DNA of 61,795 bases, counting the filler. It is 4 parts of 4 records of this genome, joined end to end, with 100 filler letters (N's around TTAATTAATTAA, not from the genome) between each part and the next. Parts side by side here need not be neighbours in the genome. Positions count along the whole stretch, not along the records: positions 33,458 to 47,509 come from DRR723986_10399; positions 47,610 to 61,795 come from DRR723986_10413; 2 more parts are not named here. One strand, given 5' to 3'. The notes under the pieces are model-generated. The model was given only the letters and a program-made list of their open reading frames with translations. It was not told the DNA's origin and made no database searches. The position numbers were made by a program, and so were the translations under genes. Of this stretch, positions 39,171 through 48,085 are shown piece by piece; the stretch's first letter is position 1; each line of letters opens with the position of its first letter.

Positions 39171-39207
39171 AACAACAAAAGGGGACGTTGTTACCAACAT
39201 CCCCTTT
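39171..39207 (-). terminator. Intrinsic terminator of the OMP gene
   Basis: AAAGGGGACGTTG-TTAC-CAACATCCCCTTT hairpin with a T-rich tail on the minus strand. Confidence 0.75.
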
Positions 39208-39242
39208 GCAAAAAAGATCAATCCCATTCTTGCTGGAAGAGC

Positions 39243-39761
39243 TTAGATGCCAAACGCTACACCAGCGACTATCACCAGTTGGTCGAAGGTACTCAGGATG
39301 TACTTGATTTCGCCGAACAATCCGCCAAAATCGGTTGGCAGCATAGCGCCTCCACCAATATTCAGACCGATTTCGGAGCTGCTGCCACCAAGATCCTGCA
39401 CGCCACCAAATGGCCCAAGGTCAACTTCCAGATTCACATCGACGGTTGAGTAATTGAGACCAGCCAAGCCGTAGATTGTGACTTCTTCGTCAACAAATAC
39501 GTAGTGACCATTCGCATCGATTGCCCAGTAAGTAATCGGATCTTCTGCGAAGAAGTAGTGAATGTTACCGGCTGCGCGGAACTGCTCGTTGATAACGAAA
39601 ATTCCACGGGCATCGAGGCCAAATCCAAGTGAACCGGTACCGTCGGCTTCCGTGCCCAACGCAAGTCCGCCACCGAGATAGATATCGTCTGCCTGAGCAG
39701 TCGAGATGGCAAAAATGCTGCAACCAAGTGCGATCAACAGAATGTGATACGCTCTTTTCAT
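39243..39761 (-). CDS. Small outer-membrane beta-barrel protein
   Basis: Signal peptide (AQA); alternating strands DANGHYVF, YGLAGLN, IGLNIGGG; terminal VAFGI; GAGG RBS. Confidence 0.88.
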   Translation of the reverse strand: MKRAYHILLIALGCSIFAISTAQADDIYLGGGLALGTEADGTGSLGFGLDARGIFVINEQFRAAGNIHYFFAEDPITYWAIDANGHYVFVDEEVTIYGLAGLNYSTVDVNLEVDLGPFGGVQDLGGSSSEIGLNIGGGAMLPTDFGGLFGEIKYILSTFDQLVIVAGVAFGI

Positions 39762-40292
39762 AAAGTCCTCACCATAGTAATTGGTTTGATAAAAATAGGA
39801 GAAATGAAGCGAGAGGCGGATGAGTGCTTAAATTTTCCTGCAGTAATTTACACACCAAAAGGCGCATAAATGCTCGTGTTGCAACCGCAATTGCCCTACG
39901 ATCGACTGTACTGCCAGTTTGTAAATTTTATTAAAGCAATGTTTAACAAGTGACTGACAAGCTGCGAGGCGCACTATATGCACGTCAGAGTTGCAGATCT
40001 TGAATCAGTACGAGGGCAGAACCTACAGAGGTTAGAACAAAATGGTTTGACTCTGAAACCTAATTCCAACATGTGACTCTTTACTCTCGGTGAGTGACAA
40101 GATTTTAATTCTTGCAGACCACCGTATAAAAACAATGCACCACAAAAATCAAAATGGTCAGCGGCTGAAAGCAAGATTTGAGCCACAGCCCACAACTATT
40201 TCCAGCCTAATTTTGACGCGAATATAGGTAAAACATCATCCTGATTCAAACCAAAATCAAACGCAAAATTCGCTTATTCCTGCCAAAACGCA

Positions 40293-40904
40293 TTAGTCGG
40301 GTGATCGACGTGTGTGCGTATCCCCTTCTTTCCAGTTGATTACACGATTCATAAACATGGTGCCAACCGCATCTGCGCGGAACTCCGTTGGACGTCCACC
40401 TTGAAATGGATTGGAGTTGATCGTCAACTGCAAATTGTCTTTGTCGATGATCCGGATGATGCCCGGCATGCGCACGTGATCCGTTCCGGTCATTTCTTTG
40501 ACTTTGGCTTGGTCGGCGGCTGATTTCATTCTGACAACCACGTCCAGCTGCGCCGGACTGGTAGTCGTATCCAGTTCCCAAGTAACGGTTTGCTGCGCGT
40601 TGCTGATGAACATTGGTTCGGTGCGTGAGAACTTGTGCAGCTCAAATTCGCCGTTTTGATGAAAGATCAGCCAGGTGGCATCAAAACCTTCAGGACCTTC
40701 CCATTTGCCTACCAGGTCATAACCTTTCCATGGCGTGCCATCCGATTCGATTTTGACCTCTGCAGGTTTGGCTTTTTCGGTCTGTTTTTTTTCGGTTTGA
40801 GCCTTTTCCTTGGTACTGCCGGGGCGATATTGGGCATGCGCCACTACACTGGAAACCATCAGTAGAGTTGCAATCAATACGAGTATTCGGGGGCTATTCT
40901 GCAT
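40293..40904 (-). CDS. Hypothetical secreted protein
   Basis: Signal peptide (AHA); LVGKW, LDTTTSPAQLD, PGIIRI and RPTEF resemble TIGR03067/lipocalin-like domains. Confidence 0.7.
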   Translation of the reverse strand: MQNSPRILVLIATLLMVSSVVAHAQYRPGSTKEKAQTEKKQTEKAKPAEVKIESDGTPWKGYDLVGKWEGPEGFDATWLIFHQNGEFELHKFSRTEPMFISNAQQTVTWELDTTTSPAQLDVVVRMKSAADQAKVKEMTGTDHVRMPGIIRIIDKDNLQLTINSNPFQGGRPTEFRADAVGTMFMNRVINWKEGDTHTRRSPD

Positions 40905-41022
40905 GACGTTTAATCCTAAATGTTCTGCGGAACGTGTCGGTGAATCCCGAACGGTTCCTGTGCATTCTATTTTCCGGGATGCTGCCAGATACCTGTGACA
41001 CATTACTTCAGTAATGGTTGCT

Positions 41023-42603
41023 TCAAGTGAGGTCAGACGTAAAGTGAAACTGAATGTTGGGGAAATCTTGTTTGGCCAGCTCTATCGAATAAGCCGATTC
41101 AGCCATAAAACAGAGACGTCCAAGTTTATCGACTGCCAATGCACGCTTTTTCTTTTGTCTGAAACTTGCCAATTCAACCGGATCTTCACAGCTCACCCAG
41201 CAGGCTTTGTACAGAGATGCCGGTTCATAGCGGCACTTAGCGCCATATTCATGCTCCAGCCGGTATTGGATAACATCAAACTGCAATGCACCGACTGTAC
41301 CAATGATTTGCCTGCCACTCATCTCACTCGTAAATAGCTGCGCAACGCCCTCTTCCATCAGCTGATCTATGCCCTTGGCAAGCTGTTTGGATTTCATCGG
41401 ATCAGCGTTCAACACATAGCGGAACATCTCAGGCGAAAAGCTCGGAATACCCTTGTAGTGCAGCTTCTCACCCTGTGTAAGCGTATCTCCAATGCGGAAG
41501 TTCCCGGTATCGTAGATTCCGACTATATCGCCCGGATAAGCTTCATCAATCAATTCTGTGCGTGAGGCCATAAAACTCGTCACGTTGGCAAAGCGCAGCT
41601 GTTTGTCCAGGCGCACGTGTTTGTAGACTGTATTGCGCTGAAAGACGCCCGAACAAATTTTCAGGAACGCAATCCGGTTGCGGTGCTTCGGATCCATATT
41701 GGCGTGAATCTTAAACACAAAACCCGAAAGATTATCCTCCATCGGGTCAACCAATCGCTCCTCGGTCTGTGCCGGCTGCGGTGAGGGGGCGTTATCCACA
41801 AAACAGTTTAGCAGTTCAGCTACGCCAAAATTGTTGATTGCACTGCCAAAGAATACCGGCGAGATGTCTCCATTCAGGTAGTCTTCGCGGTTGAACTCAG
41901 GATATACACCAGAAATCAGCTCAACTTCCTCGCGCAGCTTGTCGGCCAGTGAGCCGGCAATGGCGTCAAGACGCTCATCGGCAAGATCCGAGATCACAAG
42001 CGCCTCGTCCTCATGCTGCACGCTATGGGCCTTAAACAAAATCAGCTGTTTAGTCAGCAGACTGTAAACGCCTTTGAGGTCCGTACCCATGCCCAGGGGC
42101 CAGGTGACCGGACAAACTGTCAACCCCAGTTTGGATTCGATTTCGTCCAGAAGCTCCATCGGCTCGCGGCCCACGCGGTCCAGCTTGTTGATGAAGACAA
42201 TCATCGGTGTCTTGCGCATCGAGCAAACACCCACAAGTTTTTCGGTTTGTTGCTCAACGCCTTTGGCAACATCAACAACCACTATGGCACTGTCAACAGC
42301 CGTAAGTGTGCGGAAGGTATCTTCGGCAAAATCCTGGTGACCAGGTGTATCAAGGATATTGACTTTCCTGCCTTTATATTCAAATCCCATGACCGAGGTC
42401 GCCACGGAAATCCCCCGCTGCCGCTCGATCTCCATGAAGTCAGAAGTCGTAGAACGTTTGATCTTATTAGACTTAACGGCACCGGCCACTTGAATAGCAC
42501 CGCCAAAGAGCAGCAGCTTTTCCGTAAGAGTGGTCTTACCGGCATCGGGGTGAGAGACAATCGCAAACGTGCGACGGCGCTCAATTTCTTGCAGTTTCTG
42601 CAC
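41023..42603 (-). CDS. prfC: Peptide chain release factor 3
   Basis: RRTFAIVSHPDAGKTT, RGISV, DTPGHQDF, NKLDR, ANMDPKHRNR, G.LQFDV. Confidence 0.97.
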   Translation of the reverse strand: MQKLQEIERRRTFAIVSHPDAGKTTLTEKLLLFGGAIQVAGAVKSNKIKRSTTSDFMEIERQRGISVATSVMGFEYKGRKVNILDTPGHQDFAEDTFRTLTAVDSAIVVVDVAKGVEQQTEKLVGVCSMRKTPMIVFINKLDRVGREPMELLDEIESKLGLTVCPVTWPLGMGTDLKGVYSLLTKQLILFKAHSVQHEDEALVISDLADERLDAIAGSLADKLREEVELISGVYPEFNREDYLNGDISPVFFGSAINNFGVAELLNCFVDNAPSPQPAQTEERLVDPMEDNLSGFVFKIHANMDPKHRNRIAFLKICSGVFQRNTVYKHVRLDKQLRFANVTSFMASRTELIDEAYPGDIVGIYDTGNFRIGDTLTQGEKLHYKGIPSFSPEMFRYVLNADPMKSKQLAKGIDQLMEEGVAQLFTSEMSGRQIIGTVGALQFDVIQYRLEHEYGAKCRYEPASLYKACWVSCEDPVELASFRQKKKRALAVDKLGRLCFMAESAYSIELAKQDFPNIQFHFTSDLT

Positions 42604-42695
42604 CTTGTTCTACGACTCCATTGTTAGTACGTTCTTCATCCCGCCGTGCACGCTTTCGGACTGCATTTCCAGCCCCTGTTGTTTGGCTAAGCCTA

Positions 42696-42733
42696 AAAAC
42701 AGCAAACCCGCACAAGTCCAAAAACTGTGCGGG
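42696..42733 (-). terminator. Probable terminator after the TonB receptor
   Basis: CCCGCACA...TGTGCGGG stem followed by TTTGCTGTTTTT on the minus strand. Confidence 0.5.
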
Positions 42734-42815
42734 CTGTAGTAATTATCTCCGCATGCTTCGGCTGTTTATGCCGCTCCTAACAAAAGGCATGGCATGAACA
42801 GCGTCACAAAACGAA

Positions 42816-45065
42816 TCATTGCCATGGCAAATTGTAGCGCAAACCGGCGTAGATCGTCCGCCCTTGAATTTGCCCCCAAACCATTGACGAATCGAAGTTT
42901 GGACCAAAAGGATCGTCTGAGGCGATAACGGGCCGATCCTGACGGAAATCGTTGAGGTTCTCAACTCCAACATAAAGGTCCAGTGCGTCAAATCGATGGG
43001 TTAACTGCGTGTTAATGTGACCATGTGCCGGAAAGCGTTCTCCCAGTTGATATTCAACCGGATTAGCGGCCGTCGATGGCAGCCGGCCGCCACTGCGCAC
43101 AATAAACGTTGCATCAATCTGCCAGTCTTCCTCCTCGGTAGCGTAGTGCAGGTTCAAGAAGGTTTTGTGCGGACTCTGTAGCGGTGCTTCGAGCAGCTCA
43201 CCGTCAATGCTAAAGTGAACATCATTCCAGCGATAGGCCAGAGTCGCCTCAAGGCCGCTAAAGACTTCAGTCGATACCTGCACCAGGAAAGCATTCGCAT
43301 ACGATTCGCCGTCCAGATTGCCAATAATTGCAGACTGCGGATCGCGGTCCATATTCACGATGACCTGGTTGCTGAACTCTGTGCGGTAGATTTCAGCATT
43401 CAAACTCAAGAGCTGATCGGCAATTTCAAATGCCGTTGAATAGTTAAGTCCAATGTTGAGTGCGCGCTCCGGACGCAAGTCACCTTCAATCACAATTTGT
43501 CGTGAGCTGGCTAACATTGCCATGTTTTCAGCATAGACATTTGCCGTGCGCGTACCGGTTCCAACGGAAAAACGCAGCGCGCTAAACTCATCTGGGTTGT
43601 AGCGTACATGCAATCGTGGCGTCACAAATGTCCCAAAAAGATTGTGCGCATCAGCACGCACACCGGCAGTCAATGCAAACATCTCGTTCGGCTTAAATTC
43701 ATATTCAGCCAGGACACCCGGCGCAACTTCTTCGCGCGCCAATTCCATGCCGTCAAAACTCTCGCTGATGTCGTCAAACAGGAGTGACGCGCCAACAGAC
43801 AGTTTTTGCGTTGATTCATCAAGTGGCAGAACCAGAATAGCCCGACCGTTAAAGTTTGTTTGATCACCGTTGTAGTCGCGGCGACCAAAAAAGCCGTCAA
43901 AACTATGTTGTGAGCCGGTAGCAACAAAAGCCAGGCTGCGACCGCCGCCGAGGACAACTCCACCTTTGGCAAACAACTCAAAGCGCTCAGTATTCAGGTC
44001 AAAACCATAACGCTCGCTGTTGGCTCTGTCAAAGCCGACTTGCCCACTTTCGCGGTCTTCAAGCATAAACCCGCCACCAAAGCGCGTTTCAAATCCATCA
44101 CCGATGTACGTCCAGCGGTTAAACGCAGCCACCTGCCCTTTGCGCGGGATATCCAGGAAGGAATCGGAGTTGCGGTCAACTTCATTGTCAAGGTAATTAC
44201 CATGCACCAGAATTGTCGAACTCAGTCGCTCAGAGACTCCCAGCGACTGCGCCAGATTGGCTTCGTAGCGGCCAAATCCATTTGAATACATGTTGACGTA
44301 CAGCGGATCATCCGGCGCGGCTTCACGCATCTGCACGTTGATCTGGCCCGTAATTGATTCATATCCGGTCATGACCGAAGCCGCACCTTTTGAAACTGAA
44401 ATCGATTCCAGCCACGGCCCCGGAGTGTATTCCAGGCCAAAGGGAGTCGCCAAACCACGTACGGAAGGAATGTTCTCCGTTATTATCTGCGTATACACAC
44501 CGTCTAGCCCAAGCAGTTGAATGCGCTTGGCACCCGACACCGCATCGGTTGTCCCGACATCAATCGCGGCATTCGTTTCAAAACTCTCAGAAAGGTTGCA
44601 GCAGGCAGCATGCTCCAGCTCGTCCGCCGTGATTACTTCAGTCTTAATCGTAGAGGCATTGTCGATGAAAGTACTAGGTGTTTTGGCGGCAACGTCAACA
44701 CCTTCCAGTGTCAAAGGTTTGTCCAGCACCACAGTCACTTCCATTTTATCTTCAGGCACTTCTATTGTGTCGCGCTCATATGCCACGTGTGAGGCAATCA
44801 GTGTCGTATATCCTGGTATGCGTTCCAGCTCAAAGCTGCCGTCGCCACGCGAGACCGCTCCAATATTTGTGCCTTTCCACACCAGGTTGGCACCCGCCAG
44901 CGGGCCCTGTTTCTCAACTGACTTACCGTCCTGCACGTTAAATTGCAGACCTGTGATCTGGCCGCGCAACATCGGTTCGTCCTGTGCATGCAGTTCACTC
45001 ACATTCGCGCTCAGGCTCAGGGCCGCAAACACGCAGAGTGTCATGGTTAAACACAGTGGTTTCAT
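42816..45065 (-). CDS. TonB-dependent receptor with Cys-Cys plug motif (putative metal uptake)
   Basis: Signal peptide, carboxypeptidase-regulatory-like N-domain, AACCNLSESFETN plug, SKGA.SV..G.ESI.GQIN, terminal GR.IYAGLRY. Confidence 0.92.
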   Translation of the reverse strand: MKPLCLTMTLCVFAALSLSANVSELHAQDEPMLRGQITGLQFNVQDGKSVEKQGPLAGANLVWKGTNIGAVSRGDGSFELERIPGYTTLIASHVAYERDTIEVPEDKMEVTVVLDKPLTLEGVDVAAKTPSTFIDNASTIKTEVITADELEHAACCNLSESFETNAAIDVGTTDAVSGAKRIQLLGLDGVYTQIITENIPSVRGLATPFGLEYTPGPWLESISVSKGAASVMTGYESITGQINVQMREAAPDDPLYVNMYSNGFGRYEANLAQSLGVSERLSSTILVHGNYLDNEVDRNSDSFLDIPRKGQVAAFNRWTYIGDGFETRFGGGFMLEDRESGQVGFDRANSERYGFDLNTERFELFAKGGVVLGGGRSLAFVATGSQHSFDGFFGRRDYNGDQTNFNGRAILVLPLDESTQKLSVGASLLFDDISESFDGMELAREEVAPGVLAEYEFKPNEMFALTAGVRADAHNLFGTFVTPRLHVRYNPDEFSALRFSVGTGTRTANVYAENMAMLASSRQIVIEGDLRPERALNIGLNYSTAFEIADQLLSLNAEIYRTEFSNQVIVNMDRDPQSAIIGNLDGESYANAFLVQVSTEVFSGLEATLAYRWNDVHFSIDGELLEAPLQSPHKTFLNLHYATEEEDWQIDATFIVRSGGRLPSTAANPVEYQLGERFPAHGHINTQLTHRFDALDLYVGVENLNDFRQDRPVIASDDPFGPNFDSSMVWGQIQGRTIYAGLRYNLPWQ

Positions 45066-45305
45066 AATCTATGTTCTCCGGGAAATCTTTCATTCTGTTC
45101 GCCGCGTAGCTCATTCGCTTTTAAACCAGCGAAGTTTGCTCTTGTACATGCGTTCGTGATCGCCGCTGTACATCAATCAGCGTAGCTGATGATACGGTCT
45201 AGTTTTGTTGGTAGAATTGAGGGGCTGCTTACAGAGTCTCAGGCGGTAATTTTTAGCGCGGAAGGCCTATTATCAGGCAGTTTGGCCCACATCCGCGGTA
45301 CGAGA

Positions 45306-45857
45306 TTATAAAAGAAATGTCTGCTGAACGATATTTAAACTACGGCCCTGCATTAGTGGTGCGGGTCCGTCAATTGCGCCATGATCAAGCGCTGCAATAT
45401 TTGAAGTTAAACCAAGTTCGGCCGCGCGCAGTTTGAGCACGGCAAGGCAAACCAGCTGGTCGATTTCAATGTTTTGCGTAGTTATGTGGCGTGCCGCCAG
45501 ATCCACTTTGACCAATTCCATTTGCACGTCACAGCACTCCGAGTGCAACTCTTCCCCGCCTGGGTTCTGAGTTGTTACACCACAGCAACTGGAGACGGTT
45601 GTAATCGGCACGGGTTCTGCACAGCACGATGCGCCGGCGGAAGGTAATTCTGCGGATTGCACATCACAGGCTGAAAGCGCTGCGGATTCGGACGCTGCTT
45701 CTTGTGCATCCACAGCACAGCAGCAAGAATTACTATAAAGCACAACGTCTTTGAGCGCGCCGCCACAGTAGTGTTTGGCGATGCCAATTCCAGTACTTGA
45801 CACCAATAGGCCAAGAATCAGGAGCAGGCTCGTTATGCGCTGAAAGACTTTCTGCAT
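45306..45857 (-). CDS. HYC_CC_PP-type Cys-rich protein
   Basis: Hydrophobic leader, KHYCGG, CCC/CC clusters, GPAP and a terminal QQTFLL; upstream of the TonB receptor. Confidence 0.75.
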   Translation of the reverse strand: MQKVFQRITSLLLILGLLVSSTGIGIAKHYCGGALKDVVLYSNSCCCAVDAQEAASESAALSACDVQSAELPSAGASCCAEPVPITTVSSCCGVTTQNPGGEELHSECCDVQMELVKVDLAARHITTQNIEIDQLVCLAVLKLRAAELGLTSNIAALDHGAIDGPAPLMQGRSLNIVQQTFLL

Positions 45858-46034
45858 GTGAATCAATACTGAATTTCTGTGATCGCCGGAAACAGTTCCT
45901 ACTGTGTAACAGTCGTCGGCGTACCGAAAATTTGCCAAGCCAATTATACAAATCGCCACGGCAATTCCCAAGTCAAAAGCTGATCCCATTCAATTTTTTT
46001 GGATACCAATTTCAGGGATGACCGCCATGCAATG

Positions 46035-46352
46035 TCAATTCATTGTCATGGCTACGACGGCAAACACCAGCAACAGCAAAATCGTTTCACCAATCAGCAC
46101 ATACTTTGTGGGCACTGGATTAGCTCTTCCCGCCAGCACCAAAGTTGCCAAAGTCGCGGCAAACGCTACATAAATTGCTGTTTCTACCGACTGCAAGCCT
46201 TCGTCCAGACTGTTTGACTCGCCCGCCTGCGCAACTTTGAGGACAGTGAGCGTTCCTAAAAATCCGACTGCAGGCGCCAGCAGCACCATCAGAACATTGA
46301 GTAGTTTATTTTTCCAACCGGAACCAGAGTCTTGTTTTTCGGGAGTTTCCAT
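46035..46352 (-). CDS. Small membrane protein (about three TM segments)
   Basis: Three hydrophobic segments; no recognised motif. Confidence 0.55.
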   Translation of the reverse strand: METPEKQDSGSGWKNKLLNVLMVLLAPAVGFLGTLTVLKVAQAGESNSLDEGLQSVETAIYVAFAATLATLVLAGRANPVPTKYVLIGETILLLLVFAVVAMTMN

Positions 46353-46362
46353 AACACCCAAT

Positions 46363-46578
46363 CTACCAAAAACGCAGCATCTTACGCAGGCATTCCACTT
46401 CGCGTCTAAGCAACTTCAGGGAGGCACATACATTGCCCAACCGCTGATTCGATGTCAATTCCGCTTGTCTAAGCCGCCCATTATTTCCAAATCGGGTTTC
46501 GGCTGCAAACTCTTGCATCACTGCCTGGTTATATTCTCTAAGTTTTTGATCTAAAGTGTCTTGCGACTTTTTTCTCAT
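46363..46578 (-). CDS. Small hypothetical protein (71 aa)
   Basis: ATG start, helical charged sequence, ends 10 nt before the membrane-protein ATG. Confidence 0.4.
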   Translation of the reverse strand: MRKKSQDTLDQKLREYNQAVMQEFAAETRFGNNGRLRQAELTSNQRLGNVCASLKLLRREVECLRKMLRFW

Positions 46579-46685
46579 GTAGTCTTGAACTTATGTAGAC
46601 TTCAATTTCACCGGATTAGCCTAAATTAGGCCGGGCTCGTGCCCGTACAAGTGCAAATCTATCACTGACGGTTTCAAGTTTGATT

Positions 46686-47471
46686 ATGGCACACCTGGAT
46701 TCACAACAAACACAAGTTTCGGGTACTTCGGATGCCGGCGGCGCGGACGCAGAGTCGGCTGCATCTGATCAACGTTCTTCTGGAGTTCTACCAAGCACGG
46801 GCGCTGCTCAGGCAGCTTCCTTTAAACCCTTTTTATGTTGTCCACTGTGTCAGCATGCACACGCCACTCATTTTCATCGCGATACGCAGCGCAACTACTT
46901 CCATTGCCCAGGCTGTGATCTCGTTTTTGTGCCCCAATCCTTCCATCTTAGTACCGCCGATGAAAAGCAGCGCTACGACCTGCACGAAAACGACCCGGCG
47001 GACCCGCGCTACCGTCGATTTCTGCAGCCCGCCGCTGACGCTATTGCGGATGTTGTTGCTCCAGGTGCTGCTGGGCTCGATTTTGGTTGTGGTCCGGGGC
47101 CCGCTCTGGCGCAGATGTTAAATGAGGCCGGCTACGAGATGTCGCTCTTCGACCCGCTCTACCAGGCCGATACCAAGGTATTGCTGCGCCAATACGACTT
47201 CATCACCTGCACAGAAACTTTTGAGCATTTTAACGATCCTGCGCGCGCCTGGGAACAAGTTCTCAGCTGCCTGTTGCCGGGCGCTCCTCTGGTAGTCATG
47301 ACGCAAATGCGCCTTGTGGAACGCGACTTCGCTGTGTGGCGCTATAAGGACGACGACACACATGTTGCATTCTGGTCGGCCAGGACTTTTGAGTTTTTGG
47401 CCTCCCGCCACAACATGGAATTTGAGCATTTGACGCGTTCAGTGGTGCGGCTGACGAAGTCTTTAAATTGA
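46686..47471 (+). CDS. Class I SAM-dependent methyltransferase with N-terminal zinc ribbon
   Basis: CPLC..CPGC, EK.RYDLHEN, GLDFGCGPG, YDFITCTE.FEH, W.Y.DD.THV.F; start uncertain. Confidence 0.9.
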   Translation: MAHLDSQQTQVSGTSDAGGADAESAASDQRSSGVLPSTGAAQAASFKPFLCCPLCQHAHATHFHRDTQRNYFHCPGCDLVFVPQSFHLSTADEKQRYDLHENDPADPRYRRFLQPAADAIADVVAPGAAGLDFGCGPGPALAQMLNEAGYEMSLFDPLYQADTKVLLRQYDFITCTETFEHFNDPARAWEQVLSCLLPGAPLVVMTQMRLVERDFAVWRYKDDDTHVAFWSARTFEFLASRHNMEFEHLTRSVVRLTKSLN

Positions 47472-47494
47472 TTGTCTCAAGAGGTGTAGAATTC

Positions 47495-47509
47495 CGGCTC
47501 ACAGCCCTA
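47495..47509. repeat. Inverted copy of the contig-start repeat
   Basis: CGGCTCACAGCCCTA is the exact reverse complement of 33468-33482. Confidence 0.7.
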
Positions 47510-47609
47510 NNNNNNNNNNNNNNNNNNNNNNNNNNNNNNNNNNNNNNNNNNNNTTAATTAATTAANNNNNNNNNNNNNNNNNNNNNNNNNNNNNNNNNNN
47601 NNNNNNNNN
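47510..47609. other. Artificial contig spacer
   Basis: N-run, TTAATTAATTAA, N-run. Confidence 0.98.
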
Positions 47610-48083
47610 TTAGATTCTCTCGGCTCAAAAGGCCTTTTGCTTTCAAGAGCCACTCTTGGGCTGGTAGCCGAAACCATTGGACCGACAGCGGCAGGCGAAA
47701 ATCCGTCCATCGAAGTGTTCTGCGACCGACAGGGAGGCCGCAAGAATTATATTCCAGTCCTGCAGGACACTTGGCCAGAAAGTTGGTTTCAACCCATTGC
47801 ACAGGAGTCGGTCCGCTCGAGCTACCGCGAGGACGCCATGAACTTGAAAGTCCACTTCACCGTAAAAGGAGATCGCTTTCCCCCCACCGCATTGGCTTCC
47901 ATGATTGCCAAGTACGTACGCGAGCGCTCGATGCAAGCCTTCAATCAGTTTTGGCAGTCTAAGATACCTGGCCTTCGACCAACGGCTGGCTACCCAGTCG
48001 ATGCACAGCGCTTTCGTGGCGAAATTGAATCGACGGCACGCACTCTCAACATCGACCCGCAGTCTTGGTGGCGCAAAAAGTAG
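47610..48083 (+). CDS. RNase HII-like protein, C-terminal part (5' truncated)
   Basis: CDRQGGR..Y, KGD...PTALASMIAKY.RE and AGYP.D parallel RNase HII KGD...AASI.AK..RD and GYP. Confidence 0.7.
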   Translation, partial: LDSLGSKGLLLSRATLGLVAETIGPTAAGENPSIEVFCDRQGGRKNYIPVLQDTWPESWFQPIAQESVRSSYREDAMNLKVHFTVKGDRFPPTALASMIAKYVRERSMQAFNQFWQSKIPGLRPTAGYPVDAQRFRGEIESTARTLNIDPQSWWRKK

Positions 48084-48085
48084 GC

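Noticed and set aside
33468-47509. 14-kb transposon defined by terminal inverted repeats
   Set aside because: No transposase, housekeeping prfC inside, and flanks not visible; assembly breaks at repeats explain it more simply.
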